DNA of 64,000 bases. Origin: Strigamia acuminata. Taxonomy: Eukaryota. The DNA lies in NCBI GenBank assembly GCA_949358305.1, contig OX442314.1:32364001-32428000 (forward strand). Reading direction: 5' to 3'. Shown here piece by piece: positions 46,208-56,915 of the stretch. Below the pieces are notes generated by a model. It did not search any database, was not told the origin of the DNA, and saw nothing but the letters and a program-made list of their open reading frames with translations. The position numbers and the translations under genes are program-made. Within the stretch, counting starts at the first letter, position 1. Each line of letters starts with the position of its first letter.

Positions 46208-46594
46208 TTATTTAACAATAGTTACATTCGAATGGAGAAAAGAGATTGCTCGAGTTAATCTAATCCATTGATACCAATTTAAATTAATTCCTTTGATGGA
46301 TGGACCAGCTCTGCTAAACTGTCTGATATCAAATATTACATCATCTCCACGTTTGCAAATATTTAGTTGTTTTCCATTTCCTAGATCAAAAGTGGAATTG
46401 CATCCATTGGATACAGGCAACATTTTCACTACATCCACAGTTGGTTGGATTAAGGTTGGAGGAGAGTACATCAGAATCATGATTTGTAGAATAACGATAC
46501 AACATCCAACAACAGAGAAACTTCCAGTCGTAATCCATAATTTATGATTTTCAAATAAGAGCATCAGGTTTTTCTGTAATCCTGCTCTGTCCAT
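46208..46594 (-). CDS. PC4-like domain protein with an N-terminal hydrophobic helix
   Basis: FDLGNGKQLNI...VIFDIRQF...PSIKGINLNWYQWIRL (PC4 pattern) preceded by FSVVGCCIVILQIMILMY. Confidence 0.7.
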   Translation of the reverse strand: MDRAGLQKNLMLLFENHKLWITTGSFSVVGCCIVILQIMILMYSPPTLIQPTVDVVKMLPVSNGCNSTFDLGNGKQLNICKRGDDVIFDIRQFSRAGPSIKGINLNWYQWIRLTRAISFLHSNVTIVK

Positions 46595-46774
46595 GGTTTG
46601 TGAAAGAATGACACGATAATATATATAATAATGGTTTTATTTTATAAAAATAATAATAATAATAATAATAATTTCATTTACAAAATAAATTACATGATAA
46701 GATAATGATATAATAATAATAAAAATATGTAACAGTTTTGTTTACAAAATAAATAAATAAATAAATAACACTTT

Positions 46775-49700
46775 TTACAAAATAATATTGTAATGCCCAT
46801 GAGCTAGAGTCGTTACACCATCACTCAAAATGTACCTTTTATCATCTCCAGCAGACAAAGCAATTTTCTTTTGCAAAATTGTATATAATTCGTGATCGAA
46901 AGAGCGAATTTGATTTGATGAACGTGCGTTTTCTATTTTGTTGAATAGACACTCTTTGTAGTCTTTGTGGCGAAGTTGATTTCGCACACTTCGAGGTACA
47001 CCTTTTGCTGTCTTTTTTTCTTGATCTTTTGTTTTAAACGAATACATTTTACATCGAAGTCCGAGAAATTCCTGTATGCATTTCCCGGACATTTCGTCTT
47101 TAAACTTTCCAATTACCTTTTTATTCTTTGTGCTGTATAGGGAGTGTGTGGAAGGATAATCTGAAGTGTCGAATTTTTCTAAATCTTTTTTCATGTCTGC
47201 ATAAATATCATCTGTTTCGATATTATACGTTAAACTATCCGTATCAGTAAAAAGCAACCTGGCTTTGTTCCCATATGTTTTTTTGATATGATTATAATGA
47301 AAATCATACATAAGGACTTTGCTAAGTTCTAGAATGCAAAAGCCCACGTATATGGGTCTATTTAATAGGATATTTCTTTTCTTTAAATGTACACCTACAA
47401 GATCTTCATTGAAAATCTTGAACTCGTGAAAAGTTGGTGAATTTAATAATTTAGTCACTCGCTCTGGATTTTGCACCAACCTCACATCAACACGTTTCCT
47501 GACGGATTCGAGCGACTTCCCAAAAACACTATTATTCATCAATTTGAAGAAGTCCTTTTGAAAACTATTGGTTGCTTGTTTTCGCAACTCTGTATTTAAG
47601 CCAATGTACTTTGCAAGCCAATCAGATTGTTCAAATTCCAGAATTTTATGAATTTTCGTGACTTTCATTCCCAATTTCAAATACAATTGGAGGTTTTGGT
47701 AGTGGATAATATATTTTGTTTTGTTAGCAAGGTTAGGAACTAATTTGGGAGATGGGTGATGTTTTTGTTCTAGTAGGGTAAGGTGTTCGAGACTGTAGGG
47801 TGATAACATGTTTTCAGTTACTGTTAGTCGTTCGGGAGCAAGAGGATAATCGTTATGGGAATCATGGAGTTCTTTGGGATATTCTAAATCTACTTCCAAA
47901 ATATACCCCTTTGTGCTGGTTTCACTAATGCTTAACACATCAAAATCATCGGTGGGCGGTATCCATTTGAAATTATGAGTTGGTAAATATTGGTTCATTG
48001 CCCAGCCGTACAAGTTATTCGCATCGAGATAGATGATGTGATTGGATGGAAGGTCCTCTTTATAATCATCTAAATCTTTGTGATTGGCTTTAGCAAATCG
48101 ATGGCTAATCATTGATATACCACCGCGAATACCATTTTCAATAAAAACATGCATAAGCGGATCCGTTAACAGTTCTAATTTGACATCCGTTAGTTTCAGA
48201 CATGCCCCCCACGAGAGACCGGGTGTTGTGAAATAATTACAACAATCCAATTTATAAGTCTCTAAACAAATCGATCGAAAATTTTCAAAGACGTCAGCTA
48301 GCAGCAAAACGTCAGTCAAAACATAAAGGTCTTGATAAACACCGAGATTTTGGATATTGAATTTATCCCACACTTTCTTTGCATGAATATAGTCAGATTC
48401 GGATACACTTTGCTCACTTAGAGTACTGTAAAATTCGGATATGGGAGGAAGTTGGACTTCGTTGAATTTGATCCAAGAGTCCATGTACTCATATGGAAAA
48501 ATACCTTTCCGTAATAACAATCCGATTTCATCAGGATTGAAATGTTGATTCATTATTCGGAATTGGTTTGGATCACTTTTGAATAAATTAGCTACTAATG
48601 ATTCTAATGATGCATTCATAAATTGCAGACTATCGAGAAATCGAAGATTTCCGAGTGAAAAAGTAATATATCGTTGCATGTTGGTTGGAATACAGCTTAT
48701 TTCACGATCTTTATACTTTCCAATTCCCTGCATTAATAAATGTGAATCATAATTTTTTAAGTTATGAAACACAACAGGAATTTGTTTAGATGTTCTGCGA
48801 TACATCAGATTACAAAAATTATGAGCAGGGCCACGGAACTTGCCAGTAGCATGATCATGGTCCCTTACTTTCTTTTCATTTTTTAAAAATGTTTTATTAC
48901 AAATGTGACAAGATGTAGCACTTTCCATAAACAATTTTTCTTCATTCGATAAATCCATTGGAAGATTTAAAGCCATAAGCTTTTCCAACTCTACTTCCAA
49001 TTTAGTAATATGATCAAGAAAATGATCAACTGCATTTTCACCTCGATATACCGATGGAGGTTGGTGAAGTTTACCTTCTGTATTGATAACAGCATAAGCA
49101 TAACCCGATGGTACGTGCTTGGACACTTTTTGCACTTTGCTTGTCTCATCTTTTTCAACATTTTTAACGAGCAGTGACTCAAAATCCGCATATATAACAA
49201 ATGGGACTTTAAATTGTTTATGGAAATCATTAAAGTGCATCCATTTTGTTTCATCGGTGGGGTATTTAACTTTTTGAAGCCCGTAGGTTGAGCAATACTC
49301 CAAGTGATCTTTTAGTATCCGTTCTGACGAACATCTATGCAGACAATATTTACAATAGTGAGCTAATTCATTGTGATGTGTTAAGGAATGTAACAGTTTA
49401 TTTATATTTTTAATCCAACAATAATGTTGGGTTTGATCATTAGCAAAAAGTAACAAATTTATTTGGGTTTTATGTTCCAATTTGCTAATGTATAGGGGAA
49501 ACACTTCTTTTTCGAAACCGAACACATGAACACTAATAGAATTCATGGTTTCAAACTTGGGGATTTGTTGAAGAGTCATTGGGAATGAAAGTCCGGTTAA
49601 ATCTAAAGTGTTTCGGTACTTGGTATAATGTGAAACACGTTCAGGGTGGGAAGGTGCAGGATGCAGAGCAGCTAAAACACTCCAGAGAAAACACAAAGAA

Positions 49701-51199
49701 TCTTGATTTTGTACATTTATTATTGCTTTTTTGTCTGCTAAAAATTTGGGGAGTGCGATGTAAGATCTTCCAGCCAATGGGCGATATCTACCAATATTCA
49801 CATGCATCTCTACCACCGCTTCAAATACCCAACCACTACCATCTCGTTGAAATTCGGCGCAAGAACGTTTAATTTTCTCGTATGCCTCCAATAATTGGTT
49901 CTCGAGATCCGATTCAACAAGCGCAATATAGCAAATGCTTCGAAAACATGCAATGGTTTCCGTATCACCACTCTGTGATGATCGAGTGAAATGTATTTTA
50001 ACGGCGATATAATATTTTACCGCTTTCTTTTTAATCAATTGGAAGTTTAAAATCCGTTTCACTCGAGTGTGGTGTTGAATGAAAAAATGATTTAAATCAC
50101 CACAATCATCACCGGGAATTTTATACGTGTTGACGTTTCCCTCTAATGCGTCAACACAAGGATCATCGCAGGGTAGTGGTTGTGGATGTGGAACGGCGGG
50201 TAAAGGAAGAATGTGAACTTGCATGTGTTTAAGTAAATTATTATTTGAAGAAAAAGACTTTTTGCAAACATTGCAAGTAACTGTCTCTTTGCTGCGATTG
50301 TGAATATTTTTAACATGTCGCAGCATGTCATCTTTACGCTTAAACATATTTGAACATATTCCACACTTGAATGTGCTTTTGGAAAGAGTATGTAAATGAA
50401 GAATATGTCGTTTCAAAGTAGAATTACAAGAAAAATTTTTTTTGCAGTACTCACATGAATGTACTTTCTGTCCACCGCCAATTTGTTGCATTAAAGTCAT
50501 AGGAGATGGGGGATTGACGATGCGGCTTGTTCCTGCTTGCTGCAAATTTGGTTGGTAGTGGTACACAGGAACTGAAGACTCACACGATATCGATAGATTG
50601 CACGATTGAGATGAGGCAGGTTCAGATTGATTGTCGCAGGTTGGAGTTGGCACGAGTTGAGATTGGATGACGTAGGATGGAGATGGTACATGTTGAGACG
50701 GAATGATGATGGTGGGTGGTGAGAGTGGATAAATTGGAGAATGATTATAAATCCATGGAGAATCATTGTATCCATTTTCTTCATCCGGTAGAGGATTGGG
50801 TGTGTTAACTTGAGGAAATAGAGATTCTTCAATTTCTGTAAGCATCTCTTCAAATTCACAAATATTATGTTGCACCACTTGATTATGGATTTGATGGTTA
50901 ATCATGAGAGGAACGGGAGACTCACATGATGTCAATGGATTGCAAGATTGAGATGATGCAGGTTGAGATTGGAAGACGCAGGTTGGAGATTGCACGTGTT
51001 GAGAGTGGTTGATGATGGTAGGCGATGAGAGTGGATAAATCGGAGAATGATTGTAAATCCAACATGGAGAATCATTGGATCCATTTTCTTCATCATCAAC
51101 ATCTAGCAGTGGATTAGGCGTGTTTATAGGAGGAAAGAGAGATTCTTCAATCTCCATAAACAACTCTTCAAATTCAGACTGAATGTGGTTAAATTCCAT
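46775..51199 (-). CDS. polB: Protein-primed family B DNA polymerase with N-terminal repeats, three C2H2 fingers and an endonuclease VII-like insert
   Basis: YADFES (ExoI), FHNLKNYD (ExoII), DANNLYG, KLMNNSVFGK, TDTDS; DHDH..G..RG..H..CN insert; TATA and CCAAT positions favour ATG 51199 over 51271. Confidence 0.96.
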   Translation of the reverse strand: MEFNHIQSEFEELFMEIEESLFPPINTPNPLLDVDDEENGSNDSPCWIYNHSPIYPLSSPTIINHSQHVQSPTCVFQSQPASSQSCNPLTSCESPVPLMINHQIHNQVVQHNICEFEEMLTEIEESLFPQVNTPNPLPDEENGYNDSPWIYNHSPIYPLSPPTIIIPSQHVPSPSYVIQSQLVPTPTCDNQSEPASSQSCNLSISCESSVPVYHYQPNLQQAGTSRIVNPPSPMTLMQQIGGGQKVHSCEYCKKNFSCNSTLKRHILHLHTLSKSTFKCGICSNMFKRKDDMLRHVKNIHNRSKETVTCNVCKKSFSSNNNLLKHMQVHILPLPAVPHPQPLPCDDPCVDALEGNVNTYKIPGDDCGDLNHFFIQHHTRVKRILNFQLIKKKAVKYYIAVKIHFTRSSQSGDTETIACFRSICYIALVESDLENQLLEAYEKIKRSCAEFQRDGSGWVFEAVVEMHVNIGRYRPLAGRSYIALPKFLADKKAIINVQNQDSLCFLWSVLAALHPAPSHPERVSHYTKYRNTLDLTGLSFPMTLQQIPKFETMNSISVHVFGFEKEVFPLYISKLEHKTQINLLLFANDQTQHYCWIKNINKLLHSLTHHNELAHYCKYCLHRCSSERILKDHLEYCSTYGLQKVKYPTDETKWMHFNDFHKQFKVPFVIYADFESLLVKNVEKDETSKVQKVSKHVPSGYAYAVINTEGKLHQPPSVYRGENAVDHFLDHITKLEVELEKLMALNLPMDLSNEEKLFMESATSCHICNKTFLKNEKKVRDHDHATGKFRGPAHNFCNLMYRRTSKQIPVVFHNLKNYDSHLLMQGIGKYKDREISCIPTNMQRYITFSLGNLRFLDSLQFMNASLESLVANLFKSDPNQFRIMNQHFNPDEIGLLLRKGIFPYEYMDSWIKFNEVQLPPISEFYSTLSEQSVSESDYIHAKKVWDKFNIQNLGVYQDLYVLTDVLLLADVFENFRSICLETYKLDCCNYFTTPGLSWGACLKLTDVKLELLTDPLMHVFIENGIRGGISMISHRFAKANHKDLDDYKEDLPSNHIIYLDANNLYGWAMNQYLPTHNFKWIPPTDDFDVLSISETSTKGYILEVDLEYPKELHDSHNDYPLAPERLTVTENMLSPYSLEHLTLLEQKHHPSPKLVPNLANKTKYIIHYQNLQLYLKLGMKVTKIHKILEFEQSDWLAKYIGLNTELRKQATNSFQKDFFKLMNNSVFGKSLESVRKRVDVRLVQNPERVTKLLNSPTFHEFKIFNEDLVGVHLKKRNILLNRPIYVGFCILELSKVLMYDFHYNHIKKTYGNKARLLFTDTDSLTYNIETDDIYADMKKDLEKFDTSDYPSTHSLYSTKNKKVIGKFKDEMSGKCIQEFLGLRCKMYSFKTKDQEKKTAKGVPRSVRNQLRHKDYKECLFNKIENARSSNQIRSFDHELYTILQKKIALSAGDDKRYILSDGVTTLAHGHYNIIL

Positions 51200-51301
51200 G
51201 ATACAAACAGAACCTAGCACTTGCAAGAAGTGAAGAGAAGAGAGAAGGGAATTGCAAGTATATATAGCCATTACTAGTTACTCATTGGTTAAGATAACTA
51301 C

Positions 51302-51737
51302 CCAATAATATCCCTCCTTTGGTTAAAAGTAGCCTAAGGATCCTTTGAAAATTTGGGAAAAACAACAACAAGGTACTTAAGTAAAGAAAAACAAGGGTCC
51401 TTTGAAAATTTGGGAAAAACAACAACAAGGTACTTAAGTAAAGAAAAACAAGGGTCCTTTGGAAAAAACAACAACAAGGTACTTAAGTAAAGAAAAACAT
51501 TAACAAATAATAGCCTAGGGCACATTGATTGAATGATAAGACTGATTGATTGAAGCAATTAGTCACCCCCACTTAGCTCTCCCCTTATCTCCCCCTCTCC
51601 TTATCTCCCCCTCCTCTTATCTCCCCCTCCCCTTATCTTCCCCTCCCCTTATCTCCCCCCCACTTAACCCTCACCACCCCCTCCCCCACCCCCCTAACCG
51701 TCAACCGCTGGCCCAGGATCCCCATAAACCCACTACT
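51302..51737 (-). repeat. Polinton right TIR (436 bp)
   Basis: Reverse complement of 36203-36639. Confidence 0.95.
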
Positions 51738-52833
51738 GATTCTTATTTGAATAGAAAGTTTTGAGGAGGTAAAGATCTAATCATCATTCTAGTTATATTT
51801 GTCGACCGACTGCCATGAATGTGTGACTGGTAAGGTCTTCTCCATGGCAGCCTGGGGACTGGTTACCGTGGGGTGGGAAGCATACTCACTTAAATAAGAC
51901 AAGAAACTCCAGATTGTTGGTTGTTGGCCTTTATTAGTTTCGTTGTTTAGGGGTTGGAGACTCCCATCTACCCACACGTGGGTGTTGTTGCGAAAGCACT
52001 TTTTTCTAGTTCTAATTCTAACAGTACACACTTGTTTTACATTTTAAAATGAATCATTATTTCAGCTTGCCCAGTATTCTTTCTCATCAATTGAAAACAA
52101 AGTGTTGATGTTTGTCATCAAGGAAACACGTGGAACTCAAAATCTAAAGCATGATCTAGATTTGCCCGTATTACAGGATCTCATCATATGGAGAGAGAAT
52201 AAAGTTTACTTATTCACATATGCTCAACACAGTAATGTATGAGTCAATAGTTAAAGCATTATTAACAGTATGTTTGCAGAATGTTCATTTTGTTCTTAAT
52301 TAACACCGTTTATTTCAACACATCTAAAAGTACATGGTGTATCCAAATCTGCTCGTTTAAAACGATACAGGGTCATTAATTGATGACACCAAAATGAAAA
52401 CCACCGTTACGGATTAAAGATTGGTGCAATTTTTGTCTACAAAGATTAGCATTCACTATATTTGATTTTTAAAATATATTAACTACATATAATTTAAAAT
52501 AAGGAAGTTTATTTATACTGTTCATATTTTTTAATCTGATATTACAGAATTTTAGCTTGCAGTTATTGAAACATAAGTCTGATGGTAACATTTTTCAAAC
52601 AACCAACTTGGGGATAAATTGTGCGGAACAACAAAAATGTCAATTTGAAAAGATTTCTCAAACACCAGTGATTCTGAAAAAACAAAATTATACTGTAGCC
52701 CAGGTAAAGCATGCTACTACAATTTAAATAGTAATTATAAATAATATTGCATGGCAGATTTATGGGGACAACTAATAGGGAGGAGGTAAATCTGAATGGT
52801 GCAAGTGTGTCACGAAAGGTCCAGTGTAAATCT

Positions 52834-53905
52834 TGCGGCGATCCGGGTTTTTACTTAATAAATCGAGGAGACTTATCAAGCAATCGTCGTAGAGATGCCG
52901 TACAGGACTTCTACTCTGTGGCCAAATGTTTGTCTAGGGGAATGATTTTACACAGAGTAAAGGAAAAATTAGATAGTTTTAATTAGTTCTAAATATACAC
53001 GGATATGATGCAAAAGAATAATGTTTGGGGTCGATCTGGCTTCTTCTTCACTAATATAAACTCACAGTTGACCGTTGGTTCCAAGATGGCGTCGACGGCG
53101 TCGTGTGAGCGCGGAATTTTAGCGGAGTAAACTCAACGCTAAAATACGCCTCTAAATATACTAAAATCCTCGCGGAGCAAGCTCAACACGAGAATACGTC
53201 TCACACACAGTGAAGGTGATTATTACGGAGCAAGCTCGACGTAACAATCAGTCTTTACACAGATCGCTTTGTGGAGTTAAACTCGACACAAAGCCTTCAA
53301 ATTGACAGAGCAAGCTCAATGTCAATTCCACACAGAAATGGCTTAAATTACGCGTAGTAATTCAAGCAGAAAGGCGCTATTCCGTACAGTTGGCACGGAC
53401 CAGCAATGAATCTCAACTCTTCCAGATATCACAGATCACACTTAGCAGGGTTTGGCATAAGTTTGACACAGATGTGAATGGTTTGGAAGCAGAATCAAGA
53501 ATGTCGGAAGAGTGGGCCAAAACCGTTTGGCTCACTCCTAAATCTGCTCAGTAAAGCTGCACAGATGACGAGTTGCACAACGATCACACACGGCCGCCTT
53601 CGGGTCGTGTGCAACAATTGAGCCGGGCACGCGCGAGGGGAAGGGATGCTCCGCCCAGGCACACGCCTAGCAGCATCATCAAAGCAATGCACGCTGCAGC
53701 GCGATTGGTTGACGCTGTTGCTGGGCCAAAACTTGCTGCAAAACACAATATTATTTGGGTAATATGGTGTCTTGTTTTATATTTGATTAATATATATTTT
53801 ATTTCAATTTACATTGAAACAAAACATATAAGCTTGTTGAATATGTTTATACGACAATTTGGAAATATGGTGCGTACTCAAATAGGAATATTTGAGGTCA
53901 CCACA
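52834..53905 (-). repeat. Gypsy 3' LTR (1072 bp)
   Basis: Minus strand begins TGTGGTGACC right after PPT AAAAGGGGGGGAAG and ends GATCGCCGCA where block-B homology resumes. Confidence 0.88.
53116..53327 (-). other. Array of five bulged RNA hairpins within the LTR
   Basis: Five different 8-11 bp lower stems each enclose UY-bulge-GAG-loop-CUC; mismatches resolve as G-U pairs on the minus strand. Confidence 0.8.
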
Positions 53906-54077
53906 CTTCCCCCCCTTTTAAGAAAGAATCCTATTCTTTTCCAAAAGAGACAGGTAAGTATGAAAATAAATACACAAGGTTTCAAAGTAAAATGGAACAG
54001 GATATATATTTATTCTTTTTTATTACAATATAAAAATAAAAAAGGAATTATTTTTAATGGACGGGTATGTTCCCTAA

Positions 54078-56915
54078 TTATTTAGGCAACATGTCCGTCG
54101 AATGATCATTTGGATCCTTGTGCTCTGTGACGGTGCACAAAGATCGGCCGGCGTTCGGTCCTGACTGGAAGCCAGTGTTGATGTGAAGCCACACTTGCTT
54201 AATGTGTCTCACACCATCCCTTCGTCCAAACCCCATTTCGAAATACTCTTGCGGGTCTTTCGGCGTGATCCTGGCAAAAACGAGACGTTGATGGAGGATC
54301 CACGGCTGTTGCTCCTTGATGTGATTCTCCAACCACGCGAGGACTCGGTTGCAGAGATCCTCGTTGTTCTGGAGAATCGTCTTCGTTGCACTCGTGATGT
54401 AGCAGAAGGCGTATACCGAGCGCAAGCGTTGATAGGCGGTGAGGTAGGTGGTCATACTCAATCCCCTATCTCTCGGCGGCGAATCCTTTGGCGGTGGCGG
54501 TGGTGGCGGCGACTTTTTGCAGATCGAGAGGGATCTGGATCTGCGCGAAGCCGGGGCGCGCGTCTTTGGTCTGGCACCGCTGGCCACAGGCACGACGAAC
54601 TCGCGATCGTCGCTGTCGAGCGACTCCATTGGAGACGAGATGTTGCTACTCGGTGCCTCGGTTGCACGGGAAACACTCGACGTTGCCGTGATGGCAGCGT
54701 GGAGTGGAGCTGCGGATGACGGTGGTGCGCCAGCGGGACGTGCGGTAGCTCGTTCCGCTGCGCGTCGCTGCTTCAGCGTAGCCCATTCCTGCCGTAGTCG
54801 AATGGCGGATCCAGCCGGAGTTTCGCCAGTCGCCTCGGCTTGTTGCGTCAATTCGGCGAGCATCGTTGGAGGATCGGGGCGAACTGACTCCCAATCGTCC
54901 AGCAAGGCTCATGGAAGCCCTAACGGCACGGTCCACAATCGGGTGGCGGCCGCCAGAGCCATTCGTAGGTCAGGAAAGACTCCTTGGAACAGGATTCTAA
55001 GTAGTCCTTCCGACAGCTTCCTGTGCATCTTCTGCAACATTCGTTGCAGTTGCTTGTCGGACTTGCACGACTCCAACTCTCGGGCAAGCCATTGCCATTC
55101 CTTCTCACCTTCGCGGATCTGAGCGAGCTGGTATTCGTCCAGATGCGCGAGGTACATCGTTTGGGCTGTCTCGGGAAACGATGAGAATCGCCTCCAGAGA
55201 TCAGCGCACTCCTGTGCGGGAAATGGTTCCGGAGAGATGTGTGATCCCTCAAAACGAATGACCGATGTCACTTGTGGCACGGGCACTGATGGGTCTGGTC
55301 GCATGTCGCTGGTGACTGGACGGCAAGCGAACGGCAAAGAGGTGTTGACGTCTCCTTGACCGGCTTGCAATGCGGCGATGCGTCGATCTTCTTTCGCTAT
55401 CTCGTCCGACCAGTCAATCCGGCCGGAGGAGGAAGCGCTCAGCTGTGAAGCGTTGGATCTTTCTTCACGCGACGAGAGTGAACTCCTCGTGGAAGATTGG
55501 CGCGATTGCACTCGAGGTCGGCTTCGGGATGTGGGTCTCGACACGGACTTCGAATGTCTTTTTGGTGGCGTTGACTCGCGTCGATGATGCGAGCGATGAC
55601 GAGTCTTTTGAAGTGGAGGTAACCCTCCAATGGCGCCTTCCCCCGACGACTGTGTTGGGGAGGAGCGACGGCCACTGTAGGGCGATCTCGATGATCGTGA
55701 CCTCGACGTGGAGCGCGGTGGCACCACGTGGATGGTGGATGCGATTGGTACCCGTGGCTCGGGCTCTGGGTACGGGTTCGGCACGAAGTCAGCATGGAAA
55801 CATCCGCCCATGGCTAGTTGATGCATCTCCGATTGGCATGTCGGCACCCAACGTCTCCTTCCGTCCGTGGTTGGCCGGAAAGATTCGTGGTAGAGGCGCA
55901 CAACCTCGGCCTTGGTTTGATCAAGACGTTGGAAAATGTCCTCCAAAATCTGTCGACGCTCCCACGCAGGAGCGTTGAAATAACGGCGATGGTCTCGCGT
56001 TTCTTGAGCGATCACTACGAAGGCGAAGTCGAGCAACACGTTTCGTAGTGGTCCGAAGGTGTCGCGCTTCATTGCCCACTCGAGGGCGTCGCGATGACCG
56101 AATCCATCGATTAAATAGGCGATTCGAAACTTCGTTCCCCATCGCTTGTTTAAGGCTCTGGAGAATTTGTGGCGGGCCGCCCAAAACGTCAGTCGTCCTT
56201 TAGACTTTATTATTTCTGGCGGCAAAGCGTGTCGCCAGACGCCAGGATCGGTCGGAACATCGGGGTGCAGCTCGAGATGCGTCTCCCGAAGCTGGATGAT
56301 CTGTAAAATATTCGAAGAAATAATTAAAATCCATTTTTTCGTGTAAAATAATTATTTTCCGAATTTTCAGTGAATAAAATCACAGTGAGATTTCATTCGA
56401 CAGTTTAGATTCGTTAAATTTTTCAAAATGTTTGAAAAATCGTGAAAAACGTTGTTTCCGACGGCTATGTTTCAATGTTGGAGCGTTACCGTAGCAACGC
56501 CTCAAAAATGAGACACAGCGCCATCTGATGATAAAAATGGCGGCGCCTTCTTGCGAAGGCGTTACCAACGAACTTTTCGCTTTTTCCGAGTGAAAATGCA
56601 CTTTTAATTACTTTTCATGACTGAAAGGTAATTTTATTTTAAATTATTTACCCGTTCGTGTCTCTGTGCACGAGTTTTGCCGTTTGGATCGGCGAATAGG
56701 CCTCCTCGTAGTCGGGGCTGAGACGGCGTGATTGGCAAACGGGCAGCAGCGTCGGCCAGAGCGGCTTGAGCTTCGGCGGACGCTTCGGCGGATTCTTCGG
56801 TGACATCCACGGATGCATTCGAAGTGTTTGCGGAACCAAGCAACGTCGAATTTGTTTCTAATTCGAGGCTGTTGGCGCCGGCTTCGCTTCCTTCTTTCGG
56901 TTCCTCTTCTTCCAT
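54078..56915 (-). CDS. Spliced accessory gene of the Gypsy (Arg/Ser-rich, not env), with one in-frame TGA
   Basis: Exon 56915-56652 (88 codons), GT-AG intron 56651-56301, exon from 56300 in frame with ORF 56225-54909, TGA 54911-54909, same frame continues to 54078. Confidence 0.75.

Larger units (their letters stand above)
36203..51737. mobile_element. Complete Polinton/Maverick (adintovirus-like endogenous DNA virus), 15.5 kb
   Basis: AGTAGT...ACTACT termini, TIRs, 6-bp TSD GATTCT (36197-36202, 51738-51743), empty site at 18255-18260; pPolB, integrase, ATPase, protease and both capsid genes have open frames. Confidence 0.98.
32220..52833 (+). repeat. Duplicated block B, interrupted by Tc1 elements and the Polinton and cut by the Gypsy LTR
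   Basis: Segments align colinearly with block A (16420-21170). Confidence 0.8.

Noticed and set aside
36203..51737. Contaminating viral or bacterial contig
   Set aside because: The TSD and the paralogous empty site show true integration into host sequence
53116..53327. CRISPR-like array (palindromic repeats about 50 bp apart)
   Set aside because: The conserved core is only about 12 nt, the apparent spacers are self-complementary stems, there are no cas genes, and the context is a eukaryotic LTR
54183..56346. Plus-strand ORFs antisense to the accessory gene
   Set aside because: Expected shadow frames of a GC-rich coding region, with no motifs or splice support
54078..56915. env gene in the third-ORF position
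   Set aside because: No signal peptide, TM anchor or Cys-rich ectodomain; composition is basic and low-complexity
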